Source: Zancudomyces culisetae HAW-14-8 (lineage: Eukaryota > Fungi > Kickxellomycota). From it: 64,000 nucleotides of DNA. The notes beneath the pieces were generated by a model. The model ran no database searches, was not told the origin of the DNA, and was given only the letters and a program-made list of their open reading frames with translations. Location of the stretch: NCBI GenBank assembly GCA_052426225.1, contig JBNJNM010000010.1:1-64000 (forward strand), given 5' to 3'. Position 1 is the first letter of the stretch, and each line of letters starts with the position of its first letter. Both the position numbers and the translations under genes were made by a program. Below are positions 1 to 12,188 of this stretch, piece by piece.

Positions 1-114
1 CACCATAATTAATAATTTATGTAGTAAGAATTAAAGCGGAGAAAACGTTAATAAAATTAACATTTACAATTTTTAATATCATATTATAAATAGCAATAAT
101 GTCATGAATGGATC

Positions 115-998
115 ATGACAGCAACCCAACTAGACGATCTTCAGCGCCGCTTAAATATGTTAAGAAATAATCAAGCAAACGTGTTACCATTGGCTAGAGA
201 ACCAAGAGTAGCAGATCCTGAATACTTTAGTGGCAATAGAGACCAACTAAGATACTTTATAGCACAAGTCCAACTAGTCATACAAGCTCAACCCTCAAGA
301 TTATCAACAGATACTCAGAAAGTCATTTTTGCTTCTACTTTCCTTTGTGGTCCTGCTATCTCGTGGCTACAACCGTTTCTAGAATCTAATGATCATGAAC
401 CAATATTGGAAAATTTTGACATTTTCATAAACGAACTTTATCTGTTTTCGGAAATCCACACCAATCATCGACAGCTGAACGTCAACTCAGAAAACTTCGC
501 CAGTTGGGATCCGCAGCCACCTATGCTACTGAATTTTGTCGTATTTCGACACTTATGTCCAGGCATGACGCAGCACAATGTAGCCAATTTTTTGAAGGTA
601 TAAAGAAATAATTAAGGATTTATTAGAATGTTTTGATAGACCAGACATATGTTTAGAAATTATTGACCACGCTATAATAATTGACAACAGACTATTTGAA
701 AGAATCCTTGAAAAATCGTTTCGCCCTCGCCCAATGCACACTCTAAAATTTGGATAACTCTACACCATCAAGAAACAATTTAATATACATAACACAGCCT
801 CGGGTGCAACAAATGGAAATTGACGGAACTTCATCTCGTCGCCCACCACTCACTCAGACTGAAAAACAACGCCGCCTCGATCTTAATCTTTGTCTATACT
901 GTGGTAATCCTGATCATGTCATTTCATCTTGTCCTCGTCGCCCGCAAATAAAGGTACCAAATACTATATCTGCAAGCATTATTAAGGAAAACAATTAA
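115..998 (+). pseudogene. gag of Gypsy element 1, one frameshift near 438
   Basis: ORF 115-603 gives the N-terminal gag. After about 438 another frame reads VFGNPHQSSTAERQLRKLRQLGSAATYATEF...IDNRLFER and runs into ORF 750-998, which carries the CCHC knuckle. Confidence 0.85.
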
Positions 999-1030
999 GC
1001 TCAAGACAATTTTCGGACGTAGTCTTGAGC
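986..1030 (+). promoter_or_regulatory. Putative -1 programmed ribosomal frameshift signal (gag-pol)
   Basis: Heptamer G GAA AAC (986-992) in the gag frame just before the gag stop, a 6-nt spacer, then a perfect 9-bp stem GCTCAAGAC (999-1007) / GTCTTGAGC (1022-1030). Confidence 0.65.
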
Positions 1031-1229
1031 GTATCTAATTATCCTAAACCGTCCACTTCAACCAAAAATCTTTACCCTTTAAGTATTGCGCTAATGAAAC
1101 ATCCGGAAGTTTATGTCAAGCTGAAGTAAATCTACTTTTACAATCTAACAATAAAATATACTTTTCTGAAATAACCAATCTAACACCTGAATTAAATGTA
1201 AAAAATACATTCTACTAATCCAACTATAA

Positions 1230-1385
1230 CTCTGAAAATAAACCTGAAACCAAATCTGAAAATTAACCTGAACTTAAACCTGACCTTAAACCTGAAATCA
1301 AATCTGAACTTATAATTAAAACTAAACCCGTGCTTCACTCATAACCTGAACTTAAGCCTGAACTCAAGCCTGTATCTATACCTGA
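1230..1385 (+). repeat. Degenerate 12-bp tandem repeat (AAACCTGAACTT-like) encoding KPE(L/T/I) repeats ahead of the protease
   Basis: Recurring aaacctgaa / aaatctgaa / aagcctgaa at 12-nt spacing. Confidence 0.7.
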
Positions 1386-3537
1386 CTGCAACTTAAAAAT
1401 TAATTCCACTATCAATATGAATCTTGACCTAGAACATTTAAATATGTCAACAAATAAAGTATACTCTCACCTTATAGTATCTGTAACCCTTCGGGTAAAC
1501 AATACCCCGATAAAAACCGTTGCCATGATTGATTCGGGTACAACTAATTGCTTCATTGATTCTACTTTTGCCAAGACTAATATCATTCCAGTAGTATTAA
1601 AAAAATTATCAATTCCGCTACTAGTAATTGACGGAAGATTAATTTCGTCAGGCTCCATAATACACAATACAATACTTTTCATCTTAACACCTATAATCAT
1701 CACGTAACTATATCCTTTGATGCAAATTTATTGGGAAAATACCCTATAATTATTGGAATAAACTGGCTGCGAACCCATAATCCACACATAGAGTGGTATT
1801 TAGATAAGTTGTATTTCATATCAGAATATTGCCAAAATAATTGTAGTAAACAACAAAATCAATGTTCTACACACACAATAACTTGCACATTAATTCCAGA
1901 ATAATCAGAAATAACTCCTCTACCATCGGTATATTCTGAATTTAAAGATGTATTCGACGAAAAAGCAGCTAATAATTTACCACCTCATTGTACATAATAT
2001 CATAAAATTCCGTTAACACCAGGCTCACAACCACCATTTGATCCAATTTATTCACTATCTGAAACAGAACTCGCAGCACTTTGTGAATATTTGAAATAAA
2101 ATTTAGATATAGGTTTTATTCATCCTTCATCATCTCCTGCTGGCTCTCCTATACTTTTTGTATAAAAGAAAATTGGATCTTTAAGATTATGCGTTGTTAT
2201 AGAGGATTAAATAACTTGACAATTCAAAACAGGTATCTCTTACTTTTAATCGGAGAGTTACACGACAGATTCAGACAAGCGAAAATAATTTATAAAATCG
2301 ATTTAAGAGGCGCTAATAATGTATAAGAATTGCTATGGGAGAAGAATGGAATACTGCATTCCGGACGAGATACGGTCACTATGAATATAGTGTTATGCCA
2401 TTTGGACTCTGCAATGATCCAGCATCGTTTCAATATTTCATGAATGATGTATTATCTGACTGCTTAGATAGTTTTGCAGTAGAATATTTATATGATATAC
2501 TGGTTTATTGTACAACATTAGAAGACCATATTAAGCATGTAAAAGAAATATTAAGAAGACTCCAGAATAATTCACTTTATGCTAAACTGGAAAAATGTCG
2601 ATTTCACAAAACAGAAGTCGAATTCTTGGGATATATTGTTTCCGATAAAAGATTAAGTATGAATAGAACAAAGACAATAGCTGTAAGTACATGGCCTGCA
2701 CCAACCTAATAAAAGAAATTCAAACGTTCCTTGGTTTTGCAAATTTAAATAGAAAATTTATAATGAATGTTTCAAAGATTGTGACACCTATAACAAAATT
2801 GACGAATAAATGAAAAATGGAACTGGAGCACGAAGCACAAAACTCCTCCGATCAATTATAAAAGCATTTACAACTGCAACTATTTTAAAATTTTTTGATC
2901 CGAATAAATCAATTACTATCGAAACTGATGCATCAGACTTCGCAATTGAAGGAGTTATATCACAACGCAACGAAAATAACATTTTACATCCTATAAAATA
3001 TTATTCCTGAAAGTTACAACCTGCTGAAATCAACTAAGAAATTTACGATAAAGAAACGTTAGCCATAATTGAGGCTTTAAAGAATGGAAATCATACCTCG
3101 AAGGAGCATTACTTCAAATTACGGTTTTAACTGACCATAAAAATCTAGAATATTTTACTACCACTAAAACTTTGAATAGGCGTCAAGCACGATGAACAGA
3201 ATTATTAGGAAATTATAATTTCATTATTAAATACGCAACTGGATCATCTTCGGGAAACCCGATGCTTTGTCTCGACGCCCGGTTCATTTGCCTAAGGAGC
3301 GGGATGACGCTCTACGTAATAATATAAGTTTGCTAAAGCCAGAACAATTGATAATTGCAGCAGTAGAACCTATGGTTGCTAATAATTTGATAAAACTATA
3401 TTAAATATTAGCTACGAAAAAGAAATTAAAGTTAATTCCATTATTTCAAAATTGAAACATATTAACAATTCATCTAACTCTGAATATCCAAACTTAAAGA
3501 ATTATAAATACGACAATGAAATACATACTTTTAAAGG

Positions 3538-4030
3538 TGTCAAGCCTGGACTTTGATAAAATATATTTATTAATAAACTAGACTATAAGAGAATAGACTA
3601 AACGAAACTAAACTTATTGTAAAACTTTTTGATCCATCATGATAATCGTATAGCTTATATACTTTTCATGATGGGACGATAATGTTAAAAATATACTAAT
3701 TTAAACATAACTAAAACATAACTAAAACATTAAATTAATAATGTGAAGGTCGGTAAATGTTATGGTTATAATTTAAAACCATAACATAATCTAAAACAAT
3801 ATAAAGTAAAATTTGAAGAAAATAGTAAAGTAAAATTGTTTTCATAGTAAATATAAAATTTAAGCGAAAAAAGAACCATTTTCGCTAACAATATCCATAT
3901 TACAATAGATAACTATCTCTAATACAAATTTATAAGATATTAAGTATATTGCATAAATCATATAAAATATATCCTAAAAAATGGAAAAATACTTTTAATA
4001 AATTAAATAGAAAACACTGATATTACGACA
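3538..4030 (-). mobile_element. Candidate LTR (solo or 3' LTR) interrupting element 1
   Basis: Element 1 coding signal stops at TGTCA (3538). On the minus strand a TATA (GTATATAAGC, 3653-3662) and AATAAA (3566-3571) precede a ...TGACA end. A possible start is TGTCG at 4030. No target-site duplication found and the right boundary is uncertain. Confidence 0.4.
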
Positions 4031-4269
4031 ACCTAACAATATCCAACCATAATTATATTAGTATAAGAGAATACACAAAATTAGAACAAAGAACAAAAGT
4101 GGTGTAAATAATTGAGATAAAGAAATACACAATATTAAAGAAACATAAGATAAAGCTTCATATTAAAACAAAAATCAAATTACAATATTAAAGACAAAAT
4201 CATACAGATGATCTCAACTACAGTAGTAATAATAACCAAGCAACCAAATAAATAAGAATTCTAACTATA

Positions 4270-4900
4270 TTACCAATGGTCAAAATCAAACTCGTGAAAA
4301 GTGAGACACCATTGAAAAGAACATTGGTACATATAGATAACAATAATATATTCATAGACAAAAATAGTCTAAACATGTTAGTAGAAGATGGTGATGAAGA
4401 TGAGGAGGAGCTAAACTAGTTGAAAAAGAATGTGACAGTGGAATAACTAATGATATGGACACAACAAGCCTATCATCATCAAGTTGTTCGGAATACAGAA
4501 AATCGATGGAAGTAGAAGATAAAACTCTATAAACACAAATGATATTCAAAACGTGAGTACGTATACAATGATAACTCCTGAACCATAAATAGCAAATTTA
4601 TGAATTGTGAAAGACCCAATACGACGATAACACTCATGTTAAGAAACTTTATAAATTACATAATAATTACACATAAAAAATATTCTAACAAACATCACAC
4701 CAACAAACATTATTGATATTCAAGAAAGCGAAATACTACCAGAAAACTATCAGACTTAAATGATGCATTCAACAAGCAACTAGCGGACCAGTTACCATGA
4801 CATAGGAACTACCACTGTCCTATTAATCGCTCAATTATGTATAAGTCCAATCTGGTACTATTTACCCATTTCTCAAGATAATTAAAAGCATTAAGAGAAA
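4270..4900 (+). mobile_element. Gypsy pol fragment (pre-RT region), heavily decayed
   Basis: With one frameshift, about 4733-4826 reads ILPENY/DLNDAFNKQLADQLP*HRNYHCPIN, matching the LPPHRxYDCxI segment that precedes Gypsy RT. Confidence 0.55.
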
Positions 4901-5176
4901 CCTATTTTCATGATCCAATCATGACATTTTGGGTAGACCAAAATTGGTTAATATTCTTTTTCAATTCCCCAACCCCCAACTCCATATTAAATTACATTTA
5001 ATATCGAGTTGTTCTATTTAGTTTTATGCCTAGATATTTATTGTCTTTGAATTATTATCGATTTTGATAGTGCGATTTAAAACTATAAATACTTAGTGAT
5101 TTATTGATAAAGTGCTTTAGCAATAAAATATCAACTTACTTTAACTATAGTTTTTAACTTTAATTAAATAATAATA

Positions 5177-7467
5177 TCACCCAGTTGTCAAGTCCTGACA
5201 GTAAGTATCTTTTCGTTTTATCAGACTTATTTTTCTATAATCAACACATACCCTCATCTTACCATTCTTTTTATAATCTAAAACAATAGGGGAATACGAT
5301 TCTGATACACATGGTGATAAAACACCCTGCTTTTCCATTTCTGATAGCTCCAATCTAACATCAATAGCATCATAAGCGAAATGCGGCACTGCATTTGTTT
5401 TATTGGCTTCACTTCGATCAATTCAATTTTAATCTCAGTAACCTAGGTACTATTTATCTGTGAAATGACATTTACAAATATATCTTTGTAATGGTCAAGT
5501 ACTTTGAAAAAATTAAATATTCAGATATTCCTGTTACGTTTGATAAGTTCTTTACAACAAGGTATGTTTCAGCTTTTTCTTCGTATAGTGACTTGTACTA
5601 GTTGTTAAAACTATTGTAGAAACCCCTGCTTGCTCTATAGGTAAACGGATCTCCTGTGCTTTTATGATTAGCTTAACCTGGTGCCTCAACATCCAATCGG
5701 TTCCCAAGATAAGAGTGTCATCATTTCTATCCATTAATACTATGTCGATGAGAAATTCTACTGTTAAAATTTTGAGATGAGCACCATATACTTTCACCAA
5801 TTATCAATGCCTTTTATCATGCCCAGTGTTAAAAACACATTATTTACTCATAAGTTTTAATATTAATTTTTAGTCATATTTAATAACCGTTGAATATTAA
5901 CTTGAGAACATTAAGTTTCCCAACTTATATAAAATAGTTATCTGACACCCAGTCATTACCATTCGGCTTGTTTGCTCTTGGACCTGTAATTCTAATTCTA
6001 CCAGCATACTTGCGGTTATAACCAACATGCTGTCTCTGTATCGATAATCGACCACAGGTGTCGATTTAAAATATTGGATCTCACTTTACTGTTTGTTATC
6101 TTATTATCTGGCCTAATTATTTATTGAATTTGCGAATGTCGATATTATTTAAAAGTGTAATGCATACATTTAATTGTTACAGCGAGACCTCTAATCCTGT
6201 AAAAAAGTATAATAGAAAACTTTTTTTCTAATTTTACAACTTTTAAAAAGTTTTTAGATTTGCATTTATGACTTGGTTAGTTATCTATATTTCCTGTTTA
6301 GTAGATTATGATAACGCTGAGTACTTTCAGCTTGACGTTCATGAGTATCGTTTTTTTCTAGCCTTGGTCTGCCTAATAACTATTCGTATTTCTTTCTATG
6401 GTATTGTCAAACTTTTTATCTTCGATTGTATATGTTTCCTCAATATTTTTCTCGTTTGTTGGTATGTCGAGCAAGTTAATACGATTATCCTTTTCCACAG
6501 GGCTGTAAATTTGATTTTGTGTATTTTTCCCTTTGGAATTGATATATTTCTTATTAAACCCTTTTATAAATGTAACACTCCTTTATTCGTGACTGACTAT
6601 TATACTTTCTTCTGTCTTTAGCTTCTACCAAATGCTTATCCACGACCACATCAACCTTAGAAACATTATTCACTGTTGCCTCATTAAACCTTTTCAAGCT
6701 GGGTATAGGCAAAGGTATCTTTGGATTTAGCTTTAAGTTGTTTACCCGACTTCGATGCTGCGTTTCTGAATATCGTTGACTTTGTAAACGCCGATACTAC
6801 TTGAGCATTTTTTTAAGGGCTGTACTTCAACTAAAGTTTCTTTTTGTGCGGCTTTTATAACCTCATCCTAGACTTTACATTTTATTTCAATTACACGCTT
6901 CCGAGGGTGTTATCTATTAAACTTAATAACTAACCCACCTTAGTGGCATCAAAAGTTATTTTATCACTAGCCCAGAGATGTGTAAGTTTGCTCTCGAATT
7001 CCACAATACTTTTGTAATTGTTTTTTTTATGACTCGTGTTATTATAACATTAACTATACAACATTGTAACAAATTTAGTAACTACATTTTTTCCAGATCA
7101 TCCCAGTTATTAAAATCTTTTTTCTAAATATATACCAAAATAATTTACTTTTACCTAAAAATAACTTTACCAATTTCACCAATATTCCATTTTCCAGTTG
7201 ATTAGCTTTACGATTAATCAATAATCTTCAATTTATTCTTGAGGGTCTAAGCCCTTAAGTATTCAAATATTTTTGCTTTATTCATATGATAGTTTAGTTT
7301 TATTTTGGCTTTTACTTTACTCAAATTTTTTAGCATCTAATTTAAATTTTTAATCTTCAGTTTAAATTAAATATAAATGTATATAATAGAACTCATGCGT
7401 TTCAATAAAATATTTAATTAATAACCACTCTTGCTAAATAAAGCTTAATATCCTGTAGCTGATGCCA
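5177..7467 (-). mobile_element. Degenerate Ty3/Gypsy element 2 (PBS-gag-PR-RT start), minus strand
   Basis: RT N-terminus (YSPIVLDYKKNGKMRVCVDYRKI) at 5177-5389, protease C-terminal ILGTDW at 5552-5800, gag-like start MNKAKIFE near 7285, PBS-like site at 7450-7467. Confidence 0.8.
7450..7467 (-). promoter_or_regulatory. Primer binding site complementary to a tRNA 3' end (tRNA-Ser-like)
   Basis: Minus strand TGGCATCAGCTACAGGAT (18 nt, begins TGG) upstream of gag. The plus strand ATCCTGTAGCTGATGCCA resembles the T-arm, acceptor stem and CCA of fungal tRNA-Ser. Confidence 0.6.
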
Positions 7468-7869
7468 CTTCGATCAAAACCTTATTGTTGGTTCTAAAAC
7501 AGTGATATTACCATCTAACTTAATACAAGAATATGATGTGATATATAGAATTGTTTAATATCATTATCAATATTATATATTATTTTTTGTAATATATCTT
7601 ATTAAGTTTAATTATACTTCTTCAAATATTAATAATGTAAGGGTACAAATGTTCTAATATTGTATGTTCTTTTTATTTATTTAACACATTTTACAATGAA
7701 GCGGGAGAGTTCCTCATACATTTAATAAATCTAATAAACAGTAATATTTGCTTCTACAAGATAGAAAACAAATATCTGCAGTATATTATATAAAATTATT
7801 TGTAGATCGATAATACTATCAAGTTGGTTAAAAAATCTAAAATAAAATGTTTTAAATAGATATTACTAC

Positions 7870-8300
7870 CAAATTAATTGTGACCTTCCATCGTATACTC
7901 GCTATACGACACTTAAGAACATTAATATACCTAAAACATCTGATATTTAATTTACAGACTACATTAAATCGACTTCTACATAAAAACTTATGAATTTGAC
8001 TTTTAACTCCATGATCTACGCCTATCATTGAAGAAAGAAGTCTTATGGACCTAATTTTCTATGATCTCAGACAAATTGACATCCAAGCTCCATTTTCTGC
8101 TAGATATCTATGTATTTGTGCTTTCAACTGTAATAAATGGATTGTTAGTCGATGACCACTTCCTCTTCCTACTATGACAATTTTACTGCCAATAACTCAA
8201 GATGCAACACATTGGGCTTTTAATCAACACAACTATATATTTCGAGGAATGTTTTGGACTACTACTCTGCAGTTTCTGCTTTTTAGGGATAAATCTCCCA
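7870..8300 (+). mobile_element. Possible decayed non-LTR (LINE) ORF2 C-terminal remnant
   Basis: Stop-ridden coding-like sequence. PITQDATHWAFN near 8190-8225 resembles the H-x4-C half of the LINE C-terminal zinc finger; the cysteines are not intact. Confidence 0.2.
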
Positions 8301-10040
8301 GATATTTAAAAAACTTACTATTCTCAAGTAACACTGAAGATATTTAAATTTGAAATAGTTTATTTAATGATTTATATTATATTTAAACAAGTGATAACTT
8401 ATCAGGGATAATTAAAAGAATAGATTAATATTTAGACTTACAAATTATTTCGGAAGGCGAAGAGAGTCAGAAGACCAGAGAATTAGGTTGTACAATTGCA
8501 ACAGAGGTTGGCACAAATATCAAAGTTGTCAACTCACAGTGTCATTGATTGTCTGGTATAGTTTTCGAATCGTTTACTGATTATTTCAACAGCCGCCAAC
8601 CATTATTAGATTTGGTCTTCATTCGAAAAGATTTACTCGATCCTCGACTGAATTTATTTTCCACTCATTCGTACAAACGGTCTGATTTCAGTTTGCTCTA
8701 CAATCTTTTCTAAGATTACCATCGATCCCAACTCAATTTGCCTTCGTGTATTCCTTGTTGTAAGATTGTGAAGGAATTTCGGAAGATTATTATTTATTTC
8801 TTAATATTTAATTAAGTACACTCTGAAGGCACACCAAGCGTATCTTTCGTACGAAATTCAGTTATAATTTGCTTAATTTTTATGTAAAGCTATAAATGAA
8901 AGAGTAGAACTATATGCTTAATACCCACCTTCCACTTCCATGTACCACTAAAAATTCAGCTTCTAGTCAGTTGAAATTGATGATAATCCAGCAGCTTGAC
9001 TTTGTATGGTGTTGATTTAGAAATGTGTACTCTAAACAATTTATTTTGTAAAAAAATTTATTTCACTATCAAATGCCAAAAATTAAAATATAATTTTGGC
9101 TCATTTTATTGGGTATTTATGCAAGATTTAAAATGGTACACACACATCAAGCATTTTTTTACCACATTGTGCAATTATAATAGGTATTCATATATTTAAA
9201 GAATCCATAAATGTGTCACTCCAACAATTTATAAATCTTCAGCAATTTCCCAATCCATCAATTCTCTATCAAACCTACTAGGTAAAAAAATATAATATCA
9301 ACTTCCGACAAAACGGATTCTTACCTTTTTAGAAAAAGATTACAATTTTTCTAATATACAAACTCGATGAACAGATTTTCTATTTAGTTACATTTTCTTG
9401 ATTAGTGTTTCTTTCAATTTAATTTATTCTGTTTTTGGTAATATATAATAACTGTAAAAAAAAAGATTATCATCACAAGTCATGGCTAGCAAATGAATAA
9501 GCCACTACCAACTTTTGAATGACCTCAATGCTAACAGTTGCGACTTTTTATGGTTGATAAAATTTGATAAATAAACACTTGTAATACCATGCTGACATGT
9601 CCACTTTATTTTCATGGAACCATGAATATGAGATTTCTTTGGTGTCGGCGTGTCAAGTCATAAGCAAATTAAGGAAAAAAGACCTATCAAAACCACCATG
9701 AGTTTTATGAATGGTAGTGTGTTTGTCAATGATACACATTTTGGAACGAAGTTTTTTTTTACTACCAGATCGATTGAGTCATAATCACTGGTCCAGAACT
9801 TAAAGCACTCAATTTTAAATATACATATTTGACTTGATTTCTATAAATTTGCCGCTATATAAGCTTTAATACAAAATAACACCGAAGGATTTTTTTTAAA
9901 GAAATGAGAATCCTGAAGCAGTTACTTTCTATCTAATATTTTGATAAATTACTTTTTAAACTTGGCAATACTTGAGTATTCTAGCAGTCTATAATAATAC
10001 GTTGCGAAGCCAGAACTACAGTTATAATATAGTAAGACCA

Positions 10041-12188
10041 ATGACTCCAGAAAAACCAATGATCCGGAAGAGTAGGATGATGACCATCAACAAGGTCACT
10101 GACCTTGTTGCTAGCGTAGAGACCAAGGCTATAGAGATACATACCACTTTATGCAACAGTAAACGATTTAAACTGGACAGTAGTAGTTCAAGAGTTAATT
10201 TTGATAAGATTTACGAGGAAATATACGAATATGTGCTGATAAAAAAAATAGATAACAGAAATTTTAGTTATGAAGCCTACTACGATGAAATCATAAAAAC
10301 ACACGTGATAAAACTGGTGAGTTTTATGATAGAAACCACAAAACTCTGCGTGTTTGCAACACCAAATCTGATGATACCCGTCAGACTGCCCATGCTGATA
10401 GAAAATATCAAAAATTTGAGACTTCCTAGATACATGATTTACACAATATTGATTCTTGGAACACAACTGTTGCCAGAATCTAGAGTAACAATATTTCTGA
10501 GTGCTAAAAAAGTGGGAGAAATGGTGAATTATGTGCGCAAAGTGCTTGAAGGTAGACAAAATAAATTCAAAATGAACCACTTGTGGTGTCTCCAAGCTTT
10601 GCTTGAACATAAAACCTGTAATAGGTTTAGTCATGCTGCACATATAGATCAAATGAAATGTTACAGCGCATGTATCATGCTTGGATTGCATAAAGTTGAT
10701 TCAAGTGCTTATCTAGGGTTGAAGCAGTCCACACAGGAACAGGATGTAATGGAGTTTAAGCGGAGGATGTTTTGGGTGGTATATCTTAACAACAGCGTTC
10801 AAACAGGATTTGTTAAACATACTATTTATGGTGGGTTTTTTAAAAGCGCAAATAAACTCCCAAAAAACGACTATGAATGGAGAAATGGGATTGAATATAA
10901 AACCTCAACACTTATACTAGTGGAAAATCGACAACTAATCAGGACCAGCGAAAGCAGAAGGGTGAACCCGGATATTACAAAAATGAGGTGTATAGTATTT
11001 GGTATGCATAACAAAATTTGTGCTTTTCGAAACCAAAGAAGCTATATGATTAAACGGGACTATCAACTTGACTTTAAAAGATACACGAATCTTTCAAAGC
11101 AACTGAATGATGTTTTAAAAATGCTCGAAAGGTATACATTTGACACACTTCAAAATCTCCAGTTATGTGAGAACGCAAACTTTCTTATAATCGATGAAGC
11201 CACTGTCAAAAATCTGATATTCCAGCTGTGGAGCTTGCGCCTTGCTTTGATAAATGCAGCCGTCCATTTATGTATGACTGAGATATTATACCTAGAGTGT
11301 TTTTATGATGAACCCTGGCGCGTTCCGGTGGCAAAGATGCTATGTATTGACTACTCTCTTGAAGGTATAAGGGTTTTGAAATGGGGTTATGCTAATATTC
11401 CAACATTATGTATGGATTTGAATCTTCCTTATATGGTTTTTTGGATATTAATAACACTCACCAATGCAGCTTTCATTACAGATCATCCATATTACACAAA
11501 AATAATAGAAGGCAGAAATATTATTCAAATGGTATTACAAAAATTCGAACCAAAATTTCCAAATAGAGGGATACTCCAAGAATTTTTTACACAGATCAAT
11601 AAAATAAAACAGCATTGTTACAACACCAACAGAATGGTTAGTACTGTGCCCAGCATCATTTTAAACAGTGCAATAACTGAGGAAGATATGAATCCTTGGA
11701 TTATTTTAGGGCATCATTCAACTGTGGGAAACAGGTGTTGTCTTTCATCAAACAACACTGCCGTCTTACTTGTATTATTGCTGACATACTATATGGATTA
11801 TCCTAGTACACCTGTAGATTATGGCGAACGCGGAAATTATTCGAATTTAGTGCAATCATTCAGAATTTCTTTGGATTTTGCTTATCAAAAACCCACTCTT
11901 GACTTGAGAAAGAAAGGCCAGGACAAACGCAAACTATCAAAAAACGCCAAAATCTTATTAGGGAGATATGATAATATTGGTACAAATAACCTTAATACGC
12001 TAAATATTTGTAAACCACCAGATTATTATTCATGGTCAATGCGGAGTACTAGAGCGTCAATCAAATCGCTGTTTATATTTTTTTCATTTGAGTATGAACT
12101 AGCAGAGATGGCATTGGATATACTTTGCGTCAATGAACCCAAAAACGTTTACTTTCAAACAATTATGACGCGTGCTCAGTGTAATTAG
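10041..12188 (+). CDS. Fungal-specific transcription factor domain (middle homology region) protein with no visible Zn2Cys6 cluster
   Basis: Intronless ORF over 700 aa (ORF track starts at TTG 9972; first ATG 10041). The motif ACIMLGLHKVD...EFKRRMFWVVY matches the Fungal_trans signature. Confidence 0.7.
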   Translation: MTPEKPMIRKSRMMTINKVTDLVASVETKAIEIHTTLCNSKRFKLDSSSSRVNFDKIYEEIYEYVLIKKIDNRNFSYEAYYDEIIKTHVIKLVSFMIETTKLCVFATPNLMIPVRLPMLIENIKNLRLPRYMIYTILILGTQLLPESRVTIFLSAKKVGEMVNYVRKVLEGRQNKFKMNHLWCLQALLEHKTCNRFSHAAHIDQMKCYSACIMLGLHKVDSSAYLGLKQSTQEQDVMEFKRRMFWVVYLNNSVQTGFVKHTIYGGFFKSANKLPKNDYEWRNGIEYKTSTLILVENRQLIRTSESRRVNPDITKMRCIVFGMHNKICAFRNQRSYMIKRDYQLDFKRYTNLSKQLNDVLKMLERYTFDTLQNLQLCENANFLIIDEATVKNLIFQLWSLRLALINAAVHLCMTEILYLECFYDEPWRVPVAKMLCIDYSLEGIRVLKWGYANIPTLCMDLNLPYMVFWILITLTNAAFITDHPYYTKIIEGRNIIQMVLQKFEPKFPNRGILQEFFTQINKIKQHCYNTNRMVSTVPSIILNSAITEEDMNPWIILGHHSTVGNRCCLSSNNTAVLLVLLLTYYMDYPSTPVDYGERGNYSNLVQSFRISLDFAYQKPTLDLRKKGQDKRKLSKNAKILLGRYDNIGTNNLNTLNICKPPDYYSWSMRSTRASIKSLFIFFSFEYELAEMALDILCVNEPKNVYFQTIMTRAQCN

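Larger units (their letters stand above)
115..3537 (+). mobile_element. Degenerate Ty3/Gypsy (chromovirus/PEG10-sushi-like) LTR retrotransposon, gag-PR-RT-RNaseH, truncated before integrase
   Basis: Gag (PEYFSGNRDQLRYFIAQ..., CLYCGNPDHVISSC zinc knuckle), protease (AMIDSGTTNCFID), RT (TAFRTRYGHYEYSVMPFGLCN, YLYD for YLDD, LEKCRF) and RNase H ([21 protein letters not shown]) in Gypsy order, broken by many stops and frameshifts. Confidence 0.93.

Noticed and set aside
6268-6621. 117-aa hydrophobic plus-strand ORF
   Set aside because: Antisense to the A-rich gag region of the minus-strand Gypsy element.
7860-8040. Minus-strand MIGVDHGVKS resembling a TnpB/Fanzor RuvC-I motif
   Set aside because: Short frame with no RuvC-II/III or zinc finger. 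It is better explained as antisense of decayed plus-strand sequence.
8560-8700. Minus-strand TNEWKIN / IMVGGC resembling Tc1/mariner DESK and VMVWGC motifs
   Set aside because: Motif spacing is about half that expected, and no TIRs or further DDE motif were seen.
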